This document shows, piece after piece, positions 56,557-64,000 of a DNA stretch of 64,000 nt. The stretch spans positions 2,577 to 66,576 of the forward strand of contig DAOTYC010000060.1 of the NCBI GenBank assembly GCA_034435095.1, read 5' to 3'. Within the stretch, counting starts at the first letter, position 1. Each line of letters starts with the position of its first letter. The notes beneath the pieces are model-generated. The model was not told the origin of the DNA. It was given only the letters and a program-made list of their open reading frames with translations, and ran no database searches. The position numbers were made by a program, and so were the translations under genes. Origin of the DNA: Anaerolineae bacterium (GTDB taxonomy: Bacteria; Chloroflexota; Anaerolineae; DAOTYC01).

Positions 56557-57501
56557 ATGGAGCTGAGCTGGGCAAGAGCTTTGGTCAAGCCGGAAGGGGG
56601 CTGCGGGGCCATGGAAAGACGATTGAGGGAGGCATTCGAGTATTGTCGGCAAGTGACCAGGCGCTATTCGAAATCTTTCTATTTCAGCAGCGGGCTTCTG
56701 CCGCCGGAAAAGCGTGAGGCGGTGCGCGTCTTATATGCCTTCGCCCGTCTGAGCGACAACCTGGTTGACGAGGATGGGGGTTTGACCCACCAGGATAGGG
56801 CAGCTCGACTGGAAGCATGGCAAGAGGCAATGTATCTTCCCGTCGAAAAGCAAAGCCACCCGGTACTGATGGCCTGGGCCGAAGTGCGCCAGCGTTACCA
56901 GATACCCGTTCGCTACAGCGAGGAGCTGCTGGAAGGCATGAAGATGGACTTGCGATTGACCCGTTATCAGACCTTCGACGACTTGACGCGATATTGCTAT
57001 TGCGCCGCAGCCACGGTGGGTTTGTGTAGCATGTACATCATCGGCTTTACCGACAGGCCGGAGACTTTTCAACGGGCCGAGGATCTGGGAGTTGCGCTAC
57101 AACTGACGAACATCTTGCGAGACGTGGGCGAGGACTGGCAGAGGGGCCGAATTTACCTGCCGCAAGAAGACATGGCGCGTTTCGGCTACACAGAAGACGA
57201 CCTGAGCCGGTCAGTGATCGATGAGCGATATCGCGCACTGCTCGACTTGCTGATCAAGCGGGCAAACACATTGTACGAGCGGGGTTGGGAAGGCATTGCC
57301 TGGCTCGACAAAGACGGACGGCTCGCCGTGGCCGCCGCCACCGAAGTCTATCGGGCGATCCTGCGCAAAATTGTCGCCTGGGGCTACGACAATTTTCATC
57401 GGCGCGCCTATCTGAACGCCTGGGAAAAAGCGCGCCTTCTGCCATCTGTGTGGTGGCGGGTGCGTTCGCTCGACAGACGTGGTGCGGCCACGCCGTTTTA
57501 G
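56557..57501 (+). CDS. crtB: phytoene synthase
   Basis: SQS/PSY motifs YCYCAAATVGLCSMYI and LTNILRDVGEDWQRGRIYLP. Confidence 0.85.
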   Translation: MELSWARALVKPEGGCGAMERRLREAFEYCRQVTRRYSKSFYFSSGLLPPEKREAVRVLYAFARLSDNLVDEDGGLTHQDRAARLEAWQEAMYLPVEKQSHPVLMAWAEVRQRYQIPVRYSEELLEGMKMDLRLTRYQTFDDLTRYCYCAAATVGLCSMYIIGFTDRPETFQRAEDLGVALQLTNILRDVGEDWQRGRIYLPQEDMARFGYTEDDLSRSVIDERYRALLDLLIKRANTLYERGWEGIAWLDKDGRLAVAAATEVYRAILRKIVAWGYDNFHRRAYLNAWEKARLLPSVWWRVRSLDRRGAATPF

Positions 57502-57575
57502 GCCTGCGAGATTACAATGTTATAATAAGCCTCCGGACTTAACTCAGGTGGATGATGTGCCATGGGAGGGAGAAT

Positions 57576-57971
57576 ATGACGGAGCTTGTTCCCGGTCTGA
57601 TCGGGGAAAAAAGAATTGTCGTGACTGAGGAATACACAGCCAAACATCTGGGCAGCGGCAGCGTATTGGTGTTTGCTACACCATCCATGATTATGCTGAT
57701 GGAGCAAACCGCAGTCAGTTCGGTTGATCCATTGTTGCCAGTCGGCCAGCGGACCGTGGGTATCGCGGTTGATGTCAGGCACCTGGCGGCGACACCGATG
57801 GGGATGAGCGTGCGGGCGCGCACCGAACTGCTCGAAGTGGACGGCCGTCGTTTGAAATTCCGCGTCGAAGCCTTCGACGAACGGGAAAAGATCGGCGAAG
57901 GCTTTCACGAACGCTTCATTATTGACGTGGAGAAATTTCAGCAGAAGGTAGCGGCGAAAAAAGCTCAATAA
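57576..57971 (+). CDS. hotdog-fold thioesterase-family protein
   Basis: 132 aa, MTELVPGLIGEKRIVVTEEYTAKHLGSGSVLVFATPSMIMLME. RBS GGGAGGGAG. Confidence 0.55.
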   Translation: MTELVPGLIGEKRIVVTEEYTAKHLGSGSVLVFATPSMIMLMEQTAVSSVDPLLPVGQRTVGIAVDVRHLAATPMGMSVRARTELLEVDGRRLKFRVEAFDEREKIGEGFHERFIIDVEKFQQKVAAKKAQ

Positions 57972-58013
57972 GCTGTGAGCAAGCTCCATACCACAATTTG
58001 CCTCCCCAACCAT

Positions 58014-59117
58014 TCACCTCTCCGTCGGCGCCACAATTTCCCAGCCGAAGACAGGGAAGGTAGGCAGTGGCTGAACCGTTGCCGCAGTCGAGCGCGCCGG
58101 CGCGATGGACGTCGGTTTGGGCCGGGTCGCCGCGCGGACGGCCGGCTGAGCGGTTTGGGTCTCACTCGAAGCCGCAGCCGAGGTCAGTTGAACGGCAGTG
58201 AGAGTAACCGCGCCTTGGCGATTGGGGAGAATATAACCAGCCAAAGGGCTGCTCGATACACACAATCCAAATACGCCCAACAGCAATACGACACATAAAG
58301 CCGCGACAGCGACCCACGGCAGGGCCGTCCGTTCGGGTATGACCTCGACCACTTTGATCACCAAAGCAGTCACATTGTCGTTTCCACCGTGTCGGTTGGC
58401 CGCTTGAATCAACTGGGCAGCGGCCTCTTGCGCCGACTGGTGGGTAGTGACAATCTGGAGGATCTCTTCTTCGGGGACTTCATTGGACAAGCCGTCGCTG
58501 CACAGCAGAACAATGTCGCCCGCTTTCAGAGGTGTGCTGAACGTATCAACATCAACTTCAGGCCGACTGCCCATGGAACGGGTAATGATGTTGCGGTAGA
58601 TATGCGCCTGGGCCTCAGCCTCGCTCAACAGACCGGCCTCAACCTGTTCGTTGACCCACGAATGGTCGCGGCTGAGCTGGCGAATCCGGCCGTTGGTGAC
58701 GAGATAGGCCCGGCTATCTCCAACGTTGGCGACCAGCAATTCATCGTCCTGCACGACCGCAGCTACCAGCGTAGTGCCCATTCCGGAATGGGCCGCGTTG
58801 GACGCCGCATGAGCGTAAATTTCCGAATTGGCGGCCCAGAAGGCCTGTTCCAGGCTGCGTCTGAGGTCGATGTCCATGTCTTCATAGTAATGGCGGAACA
58901 AAACGTTGATCGCTTTCCGGCTGGCGACTTCGCCGGCAGCGTGTCCGCCCATGCCATCGGCTACCGCGTACAGACGACCTTTGCGGTTCACCAGGTCCTG
59001 AGAGAGTTGAATTGACTCCAGGTAGTCTTCAAAGACGCCCAGTGAGTCTTCGTTGTGGTCCCTGACCATCCCCACATCCGTCAGCGGCCCTATATCAAGA
59101 CGTAAACGTTGGCCCAT
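58014..59117 (-). CDS. PP2C-family Ser/Thr phosphatase with a C-terminal TM and Pro/Ala-rich extracytoplasmic tail
   Basis: LGVFEDY...YAVADGMGGHAAGEVASRKA and VANVGDSRAYL. Confidence 0.8.
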   Translation of the reverse strand: MGQRLRLDIGPLTDVGMVRDHNEDSLGVFEDYLESIQLSQDLVNRKGRLYAVADGMGGHAAGEVASRKAINVLFRHYYEDMDIDLRRSLEQAFWAANSEIYAHAASNAAHSGMGTTLVAAVVQDDELLVANVGDSRAYLVTNGRIRQLSRDHSWVNEQVEAGLLSEAEAQAHIYRNIITRSMGSRPEVDVDTFSTPLKAGDIVLLCSDGLSNEVPEEEILQIVTTHQSAQEAAAQLIQAANRHGGNDNVTALVIKVVEVIPERTALPWVAVAALCVVLLLGVFGLCVSSSPLAGYILPNRQGAVTLTAVQLTSAAASSETQTAQPAVRAATRPKPTSIAPARSTAATVQPLPTFPVFGWEIVAPTER

Positions 59118-59224
59118 TCCCTCCCATTCCTTGTTGACGAGTCTGCCACTTGACGCACATTGAGCTTGATTGTACAGATTCTTGCAAACAACGTCAAATC
59201 TCTTTTTCCAGGACGAAGCGGAAT

Positions 59225-59253
59225 TTGCAATTGAATGAGTGCCATGTTATACT
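59225..59253 (+). promoter_or_regulatory. sigma70-like promoter for the ABC importer operon, with a ~180-nt structured leader
   Basis: TTGCAA-17 nt-TATACT. The leader contains the hairpin ccagga-agcat-tcctgg and T-rich tracts. Confidence 0.45.
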
Positions 59254-59437
59254 GAATCGCCTTTCAGAGAAACCAACTCGATCCAACGTTGCTTCCGAAC
59301 GATGTCGTTCCCCGGCGCCCACGACGGACGCATCTCACCAACGCCGTTTTTGCAATACCGAATTGTCGGGCGTTTTTCCAGGAAGCATTCCTGGGTGATA
59401 AGATTTATTGTGTCCACAGAAAGGAGAGGCAGTCAAA

Positions 59438-61075
59438 ATGAATAGCAAACTGGTTCACGTGTGGAGACTTCTGTTGGTGTTGGTGATAGCATCCCTGGTG
59501 ATAGGCATCGCTCAGGCACCGCTGAGCGCGGCCTCGCCGCCTGCCCAAGAGGGTAAGAAGGTGCTTGTGGTAGCGGCCAATCATCAATACGGCGACACGC
59601 TGGATGTTTTCGCTGCAGCAACCACCATGGAGCCACACAACATGATTTACGAAACGCTGGTTTCCATGGACACGAACTATCAGTTCCAGCCTGGCCTGGC
59701 CGAGAAATGGGAGGTTTCGGAGGATGGTCTCACGTGGACCTTCCATCTCCGTAAAGGCGTTAAATTTCACGACGGCAGCGATTTCAACGCTGAGGTGGTC
59801 AAGTGGTGGCTGGCCGGCGTAGCCACTGGCCCCAATGCGTACATGTTCGAGTCAATGACCGAGGCCAAAGTGGTCGATGAACACACCATCCAGATGATCT
59901 TCCCCGCCCCATTCCCCAACCTGTTGTACAACCTGTCCGTGAGCTTCAGCGGCATCATGAGCAAAGCCGCTTTTGAGAAATATGGGGACGAATATGGCAC
60001 CAAATACGCTGTCGGTACGGGGCCTTTCATGCTCAAGGAGTGGGTGCCGAACGATCACCTGCTGTTGGTCAAAAACCCCGACTACAACTGGGCGCCCGAA
60101 TGGACAGGCCATACTGGCCCGGCCAACGTTGATGAAATCCTATTTCGCATCATCCCCGAAGATGCCACCCGTCTGGCCGAACTGCAGGCTGGCAACGTGC
60201 ACCTGTTGATCAACCCGCCGCCGCCACGCGAGCTGCCCATGTTCCAGGACAACCCTGACTATTTCGTTCAGGCATCGTCTGCGGCGACCATACAATTCAT
60301 TGGCATGGGGGTGAACGAGCCTCTGCTCAAAGATTTGCGCACGCGGAAGGCCATTGGCCATGCCATAGACCGCGATCTGCTCAACAAGACGATCTATCAG
60401 GGCATTGGCAGCCCCACCACCACCTACCTGGCCCAGGAATTGGGCGGGAATAAGGGGGTAGCGGAAGTCGCGCCAAGCTTTGACGTAGCCAAAGCCAAGT
60501 CCCTTCTGGCTGAAGTCGGCTGGGTAGCCGGGCCAGACGGGATCTTAGTGGCAGAGAACGTGGAGGGCGTCGAAAAAGGTACGCGCTTTGAGGTCAGCTA
60601 CTGGACCTATCAAGAAGACGAGTACCGTCGGTTGGCCGAGGCCACGCAAAAAATGCTGGCCGATGTTGGCATTAAGGCGAACGTGCAGTTAATGGACAAC
60701 CCGACTTACGCCGATCGTCTGAAAGGCGGAGGGGTGCAGCTCATCTTGCGCCAATATGAGTGGGACAACAACGACATCCTCGAGTGGTTCCACCATTCCA
60801 AGCTGTTGCCCTACCCCAACTACCTGGGCGTCAACGACCCGAAATATGACGCCATGTTGGACGACGCCAACTACAAGACGCCCACGTTCGAGGAACGAGA
60901 TGCCAAGTACGTCGAGTTGCACAAGTACCTGATTGAAAACTGGTATCCATGGGCGCCGATACGACAAACGGCTGACGTCTTCGTCGGGCGCAACTCGGTC
61001 AAGAACTTTATGGCGATCCCTCTGCGCGGTCTCAGTTCGACTGCTTGCTGGACGGTGATTGACCTGGCGCAGTAG
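59438..61075 (+). CDS. ABC transporter substrate-binding protein, family 5 (peptide/nickel, DppA/OppA-like)
   Basis: Signal peptide MNSKLVHVWRLLLVLVIASLVIGIAQA. The ~550-aa SBP_bac_5 fold includes GTGPFMLKEW. Confidence 0.85.
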   Translation: MNSKLVHVWRLLLVLVIASLVIGIAQAPLSAASPPAQEGKKVLVVAANHQYGDTLDVFAAATTMEPHNMIYETLVSMDTNYQFQPGLAEKWEVSEDGLTWTFHLRKGVKFHDGSDFNAEVVKWWLAGVATGPNAYMFESMTEAKVVDEHTIQMIFPAPFPNLLYNLSVSFSGIMSKAAFEKYGDEYGTKYAVGTGPFMLKEWVPNDHLLLVKNPDYNWAPEWTGHTGPANVDEILFRIIPEDATRLAELQAGNVHLLINPPPPRELPMFQDNPDYFVQASSAATIQFIGMGVNEPLLKDLRTRKAIGHAIDRDLLNKTIYQGIGSPTTTYLAQELGGNKGVAEVAPSFDVAKAKSLLAEVGWVAGPDGILVAENVEGVEKGTRFEVSYWTYQEDEYRRLAEATQKMLADVGIKANVQLMDNPTYADRLKGGGVQLILRQYEWDNNDILEWFHHSKLLPYPNYLGVNDPKYDAMLDDANYKTPTFEERDAKYVELHKYLIENWYPWAPIRQTADVFVGRNSVKNFMAIPLRGLSSTACWTVIDLAQ

Positions 61076-61150
61076 CCCTACACCATTGCAGCGTGGCCTT
61101 CCTTAAGTGCCTGGAGGGCCACGCTGATATTCAGTGAAGAACATCTTTGA

Positions 61151-62071
61151 GTGATGACCGCCTATCTGGTTAAACGTCTCTTACTGGCCATCCCGGTGCT
61201 GTTGGTGACCGCCTTTCTGGTCTTCGCTGCCCTACATCTTTCGCCCGGCGACCCTGTGGAAGTCATCGTGGGCCCCATCGCACCGCCCGAAGTGCGCGAA
61301 ATGGTGCGCCACAAGCTGGGCCTCGACAAACCCTTGCCGGTGCAATTTATCTTGTACATGAGCCATATCGTCCAAGGCGACCTGGGGCAGTCGATTCTCA
61401 ACAAGCGAGAAGTGGCTGCCATGATCGCGGAGAAACTGCCGGTCACCGTTGAATTGGGCCTCACTTCATTCGCCCTCACCTATCTGTTGGGCGTCCCCCT
61501 GGGAACGATTGCCGCGCTGAAGCGCAGTTCGTTTTCGGACTGGTTCACCATGATTATGGCGTTGCTGGGTGTTTCCATGCCGGGGTTTTGGTTGGGGCTG
61601 TTGCTTATCTACGTGTTCTCCGTAAACCTCCGCATTTTTCCGGTGACCGGCCACGGCACATTCTCGCACCTGGTGCTGCCTGCCCTGGCGCTGGGCTTAC
61701 CTTTTGTAGGGCGTGTGGCCCGCGTGACGCGCTCTACAGTGCTGGAGATTATCGGCCAGGATTACATTCGCACCGCTCGTGCCAAAGGGCTACGCGAATC
61801 AATAGTCGTTTTCCGCCATGCTTTGCGCAACGCACTCATTCCTATTATTTCCCTGATGGGACTTGACTTTGGCTACATCCTGGGCGGATCTGTGGTCATC
61901 GAACACGTCTTCGCCCGACCGGGCATCGGCGATATGATTCTGCGCAGCATCTATTCGCGTGATTTCCCGGTGCTGCAGGGCTGCATGTTCGTGCTAACCG
62001 GCGGAATCATTCTGGGCAACATTCTCGCGGACATTGCCTACGTGGTCGTTGACCCACGTATCCGGCATTGA
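61151..62071 (+). CDS. ABC transporter permease (DppB/OppB-like)
   Basis: BPD_transp_1 with the EAA-like loop RTARAKGLRESIVVFRHALRNA. Confidence 0.85.
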   Translation: MMTAYLVKRLLLAIPVLLVTAFLVFAALHLSPGDPVEVIVGPIAPPEVREMVRHKLGLDKPLPVQFILYMSHIVQGDLGQSILNKREVAAMIAEKLPVTVELGLTSFALTYLLGVPLGTIAALKRSSFSDWFTMIMALLGVSMPGFWLGLLLIYVFSVNLRIFPVTGHGTFSHLVLPALALGLPFVGRVARVTRSTVLEIIGQDYIRTARAKGLRESIVVFRHALRNALIPIISLMGLDFGYILGGSVVIEHVFARPGIGDMILRSIYSRDFPVLQGCMFVLTGGIILGNILADIAYVVVDPRIRH

Positions 62072-62100
62072 CCCTCGAGTAATGCTGGGAACGGAACGTT

Positions 62101-63045
62101 ATGGGAGACTGGCAGAACAATAACGCACAACCAGCGGAACTCTCGTGTCCGATGGAAAACTGTCCCGCAGCCACGATAGACTGGCAGGGCGGCATCGCTG
62201 AGTTTTCCAGCAGACGTTCGAACATCTGGCGACAATTGCGCCGCAGCCCGGGCGCGATGATTGGTTTGTGTCTGATCGTGTTGTTGCTCTCGACGGCTCT
62301 CTTCGCCGATGTCATCGCCCCGCAAGGGATCGACGACCAGGATCTGCTCAAAGGGCTTCTGCCGCCGGGCAGCGAATTTTTGCTGGGCACCGACGAATTT
62401 GGGCGCGATATGTTCAGCCGCATTGTATACGGCGCGCGCGTCTCGCTGCAGGTCGCCATCATCGCGACCACGGTCTCGGCGCTGGTGGGCGTCTCGCTGG
62501 GCGTCGTTGCCGGCTATTTTGGCGGCACTCTTGATCACATTATCCAGGGGATGATTGACATCAGTTGGGCGTTCCCGACTGTGCTGATGGCCATCTTTCT
62601 GGTCGCCACGCTGGGTCCAGGCCTGGTCAACGTGATGATCGCGGTCGGCCTGGTGTACTGGGGCGGATACGCGCGCGTCGTGCGCGGGCAGGTGCTCTCG
62701 TTGCGCGAGTGGGATTATGTCACCGCCGCACGGGCAATGGGCGCCAGCGATTGGCGCATCATCGTGCGGCACATCCTGACCAACGTGTTGGCGCCGGTCA
62801 TCGTAATGGCGACCCTGATGATGGGGGATGCCATTTTAATCGAGGCTACGCTCAGTTTTTTGGGCATGGGCGCCCAGCCCCCCACCCCCAGTTGGGGCTC
62901 CATTCTGGCTGGCGGACGCACCTATCTGCGCCTGGCCCCCTGGGTCAGCTTGATCCCTGGCCTGGCCATCATGTTGACGGTACTGGGCTTCAATCTGCTC
63001 GGCGATGGCTTGCGTGACGCTCTCGACCCGCGGCTGAGAACGTGA
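62101..63045 (+). CDS. ABC transporter permease (DppC/OppC-like)
   Basis: VTAARAMGASDWRIIVRHILTNV, an EAA-type motif. Confidence 0.85.
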   Translation: MGDWQNNNAQPAELSCPMENCPAATIDWQGGIAEFSSRRSNIWRQLRRSPGAMIGLCLIVLLLSTALFADVIAPQGIDDQDLLKGLLPPGSEFLLGTDEFGRDMFSRIVYGARVSLQVAIIATTVSALVGVSLGVVAGYFGGTLDHIIQGMIDISWAFPTVLMAIFLVATLGPGLVNVMIAVGLVYWGGYARVVRGQVLSLREWDYVTAARAMGASDWRIIVRHILTNVLAPVIVMATLMMGDAILIEATLSFLGMGAQPPTPSWGSILAGGRTYLRLAPWVSLIPGLAIMLTVLGFNLLGDGLRDALDPRLRT

Positions 63046-63108
63046 TGGACGGGTAACGCAAACGATGATATAATTTACCTCACTTGCTAATAGACGCAGG
63101 AGGACAAC

Positions 63109-64000
63109 ATGCTAAAGCGAATCAGAATCCGGGGCTACAAGTCTCTGGCAGACCTGGAAGTGACGCTCACGCCGTTGTCTGTCCTTTTTGGCCCTAATGC
63201 GTCTGGCAAAAGCAACTTCTTAGACGCGCTGCAATTGCTCTCCAGGATAGTCACTAATCGAACCCTCAAAGAAGCCTTCGATCCCCCCTATCGTGGCACT
63301 CCGCTGGAGTCCTTCACGTTTGGGCCGGATGGCATCAAGGGTCTGCTTGCCAAGGAAAGTGCGTCTTTTATCATGGAGGCAGATGTAGAGCTTTCTCCTT
63401 GGGTAATCGAGACGGTAAACCTTCAAATTCAAGAGATGAAGCAGGGTAGAGGCAACGACGATTCTGGTAATTCTGGGACAAAGAGCCCTTCCCTGGTGCG
63501 TGAGAAGAACTTGCGTTATCGGATCGAGGTCGAAATCTTGCCTCAGTCAGGTATATTGCGTGTCGCTGACGAATATCTGGCACCTATCACGCCAAACGGA
63601 CAAATCAAAACCAGTCGCAGGCCCTTTTTAGAAGTCGTGAACGACAAACTACACTTGCGTATGGAGGGGCAAGCCCATCCACGCTATCACGACCTTTATC
63701 TTGACCATAGTTTGCTCTCTCTTCCACTATATCCTCCTCACTACCCTCACCTGGTCGCTATGAGACAGGAACTATCGAATTGGTTCTTTTTCTATTTTGA
63801 GCCCAGGGAACGGATGCGCGCGCCCAATCCCGTGCGAGAGGTTCGTCACATTGGGTTAATGGGAGAAAACCTGGCGGCATTTCTCAACACGTTGCGCGCT
63901 TTGGATGAACCTCAGTTCAGAGCGGTGGAAAAGTCGCTTCGTCTATTGATTCCATCCATTACCCGTCTTGAGGTAGGAGTAAACGACTTAGGGGAAGTCG
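63109..64000 (+). CDS. AAA_21/OLD-like (ABC-type) ATPase, N-terminal ~297 aa only. The gene runs off the window.
   Basis: The hand translation stays open to the edge: MLKRIRIRGYKSLADLEVTLTPLSVLFGPNASGKSNFLDALQLL (Walker A GPNASGKS). This N-terminal architecture is typical of SMC/RecF-like ATPases in phage-defence systems. The region has lower GC, a TATAAT -10 and a GGAGG RBS. Confidence 0.6.
   Translation, partial: MLKRIRIRGYKSLADLEVTLTPLSVLFGPNASGKSNFLDALQLLSRIVTNRTLKEAFDPPYRGTPLESFTFGPDGIKGLLAKESASFIMEADVELSPWVIETVNLQIQEMKQGRGNDDSGNSGTKSPSLVREKNLRYRIEVEILPQSGILRVADEYLAPITPNGQIKTSRRPFLEVVNDKLHLRMEGQAHPRYHDLYLDHSLLSLPLYPPHYPHLVAMRQELSNWFFFYFEPRERMRAPNPVREVRHIGLMGENLAAFLNTLRALDEPQFRAVEKSLRLLIPSITRLEVGVNDLGEV

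Overview
This 64-kb window looks like high-GC (~60%) bacterial chromosomal DNA. The gene content fits a Chloroflexota-like monoderm genome, but I cannot confirm that from sequence alone. It is gene-dense on both strands, and I found no rRNA, tRNA or CRISPR array. All coordinates that I derived by hand (anything not taken directly from the ORF track) are approximate to about 1-2 nt. The main blocks are:
(1) 1-19,000: a glycoconjugate-biosynthesis locus. It has GT39 and YfhO GT-C enzymes, two polyprenyl-phosphate-sugar GT2 synthases, several GT4 enzymes and a GT9. It also contains an unusual YfhO-Wzx flippase fusion of 1379 aa, an L,D-transpeptidase, VanZ, ScpA and a GH-amidase cell-wall hydrolase.
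(2) 19,100-22,200: two secreted repeat proteins.
(3) 22,300-25,100: cimA and a class V aminotransferase.
(4) 25,080-29,130: an oxidative-stress/iron operon that I rate as the most interesting system here. It runs rubredoxin, a rubredoxin-reductase-like flavoprotein, DJ-1/PfpI, a tandem bacterioferritin-like cargo protein ending in an encapsulin targeting peptide, and a Family-1 encapsulin shell protein. It is followed by a clean intrinsic terminator and then Crp/Fnr, UspA and an AmaP-like gene.
(5) 31,900-35,440: housekeeping genes (scpB, rluB, cmk, a PDZ-radical-SAM DUF512 protein).
(6) 35,566-37,520: a 2-kb low-GC islet carrying a Type II restriction-modification system. Its methyltransferase is preceded by a Phd/YefM-fold protein rather than a classical C-protein. 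A perfect 16-bp inverted repeat overlaps the promoter. The islet has truncated a crtI/crtD-like desaturase gene.
(7) 37,500-43,000: MFS, an ECF cbiMNQO-type transporter with a long structured leader, an HpcH aldolase and two tandem tatA genes.
(8) xpt-guaA, an orphan sbcD, a pseudo-PP2C-TM-NHL propeller protein, a NarL/HK two-component pair, and a CarH-like B12 photoreceptor next to a crt carotenoid cluster.
(9) PP2C and a Dpp/Opp-type ABC importer.
(10) At the window end, in lower-GC DNA, a partial AAA_21/OLD-like ATPase that may start a defence island.
A REP-like palindromic intergenic repeat family occurs in three copies.
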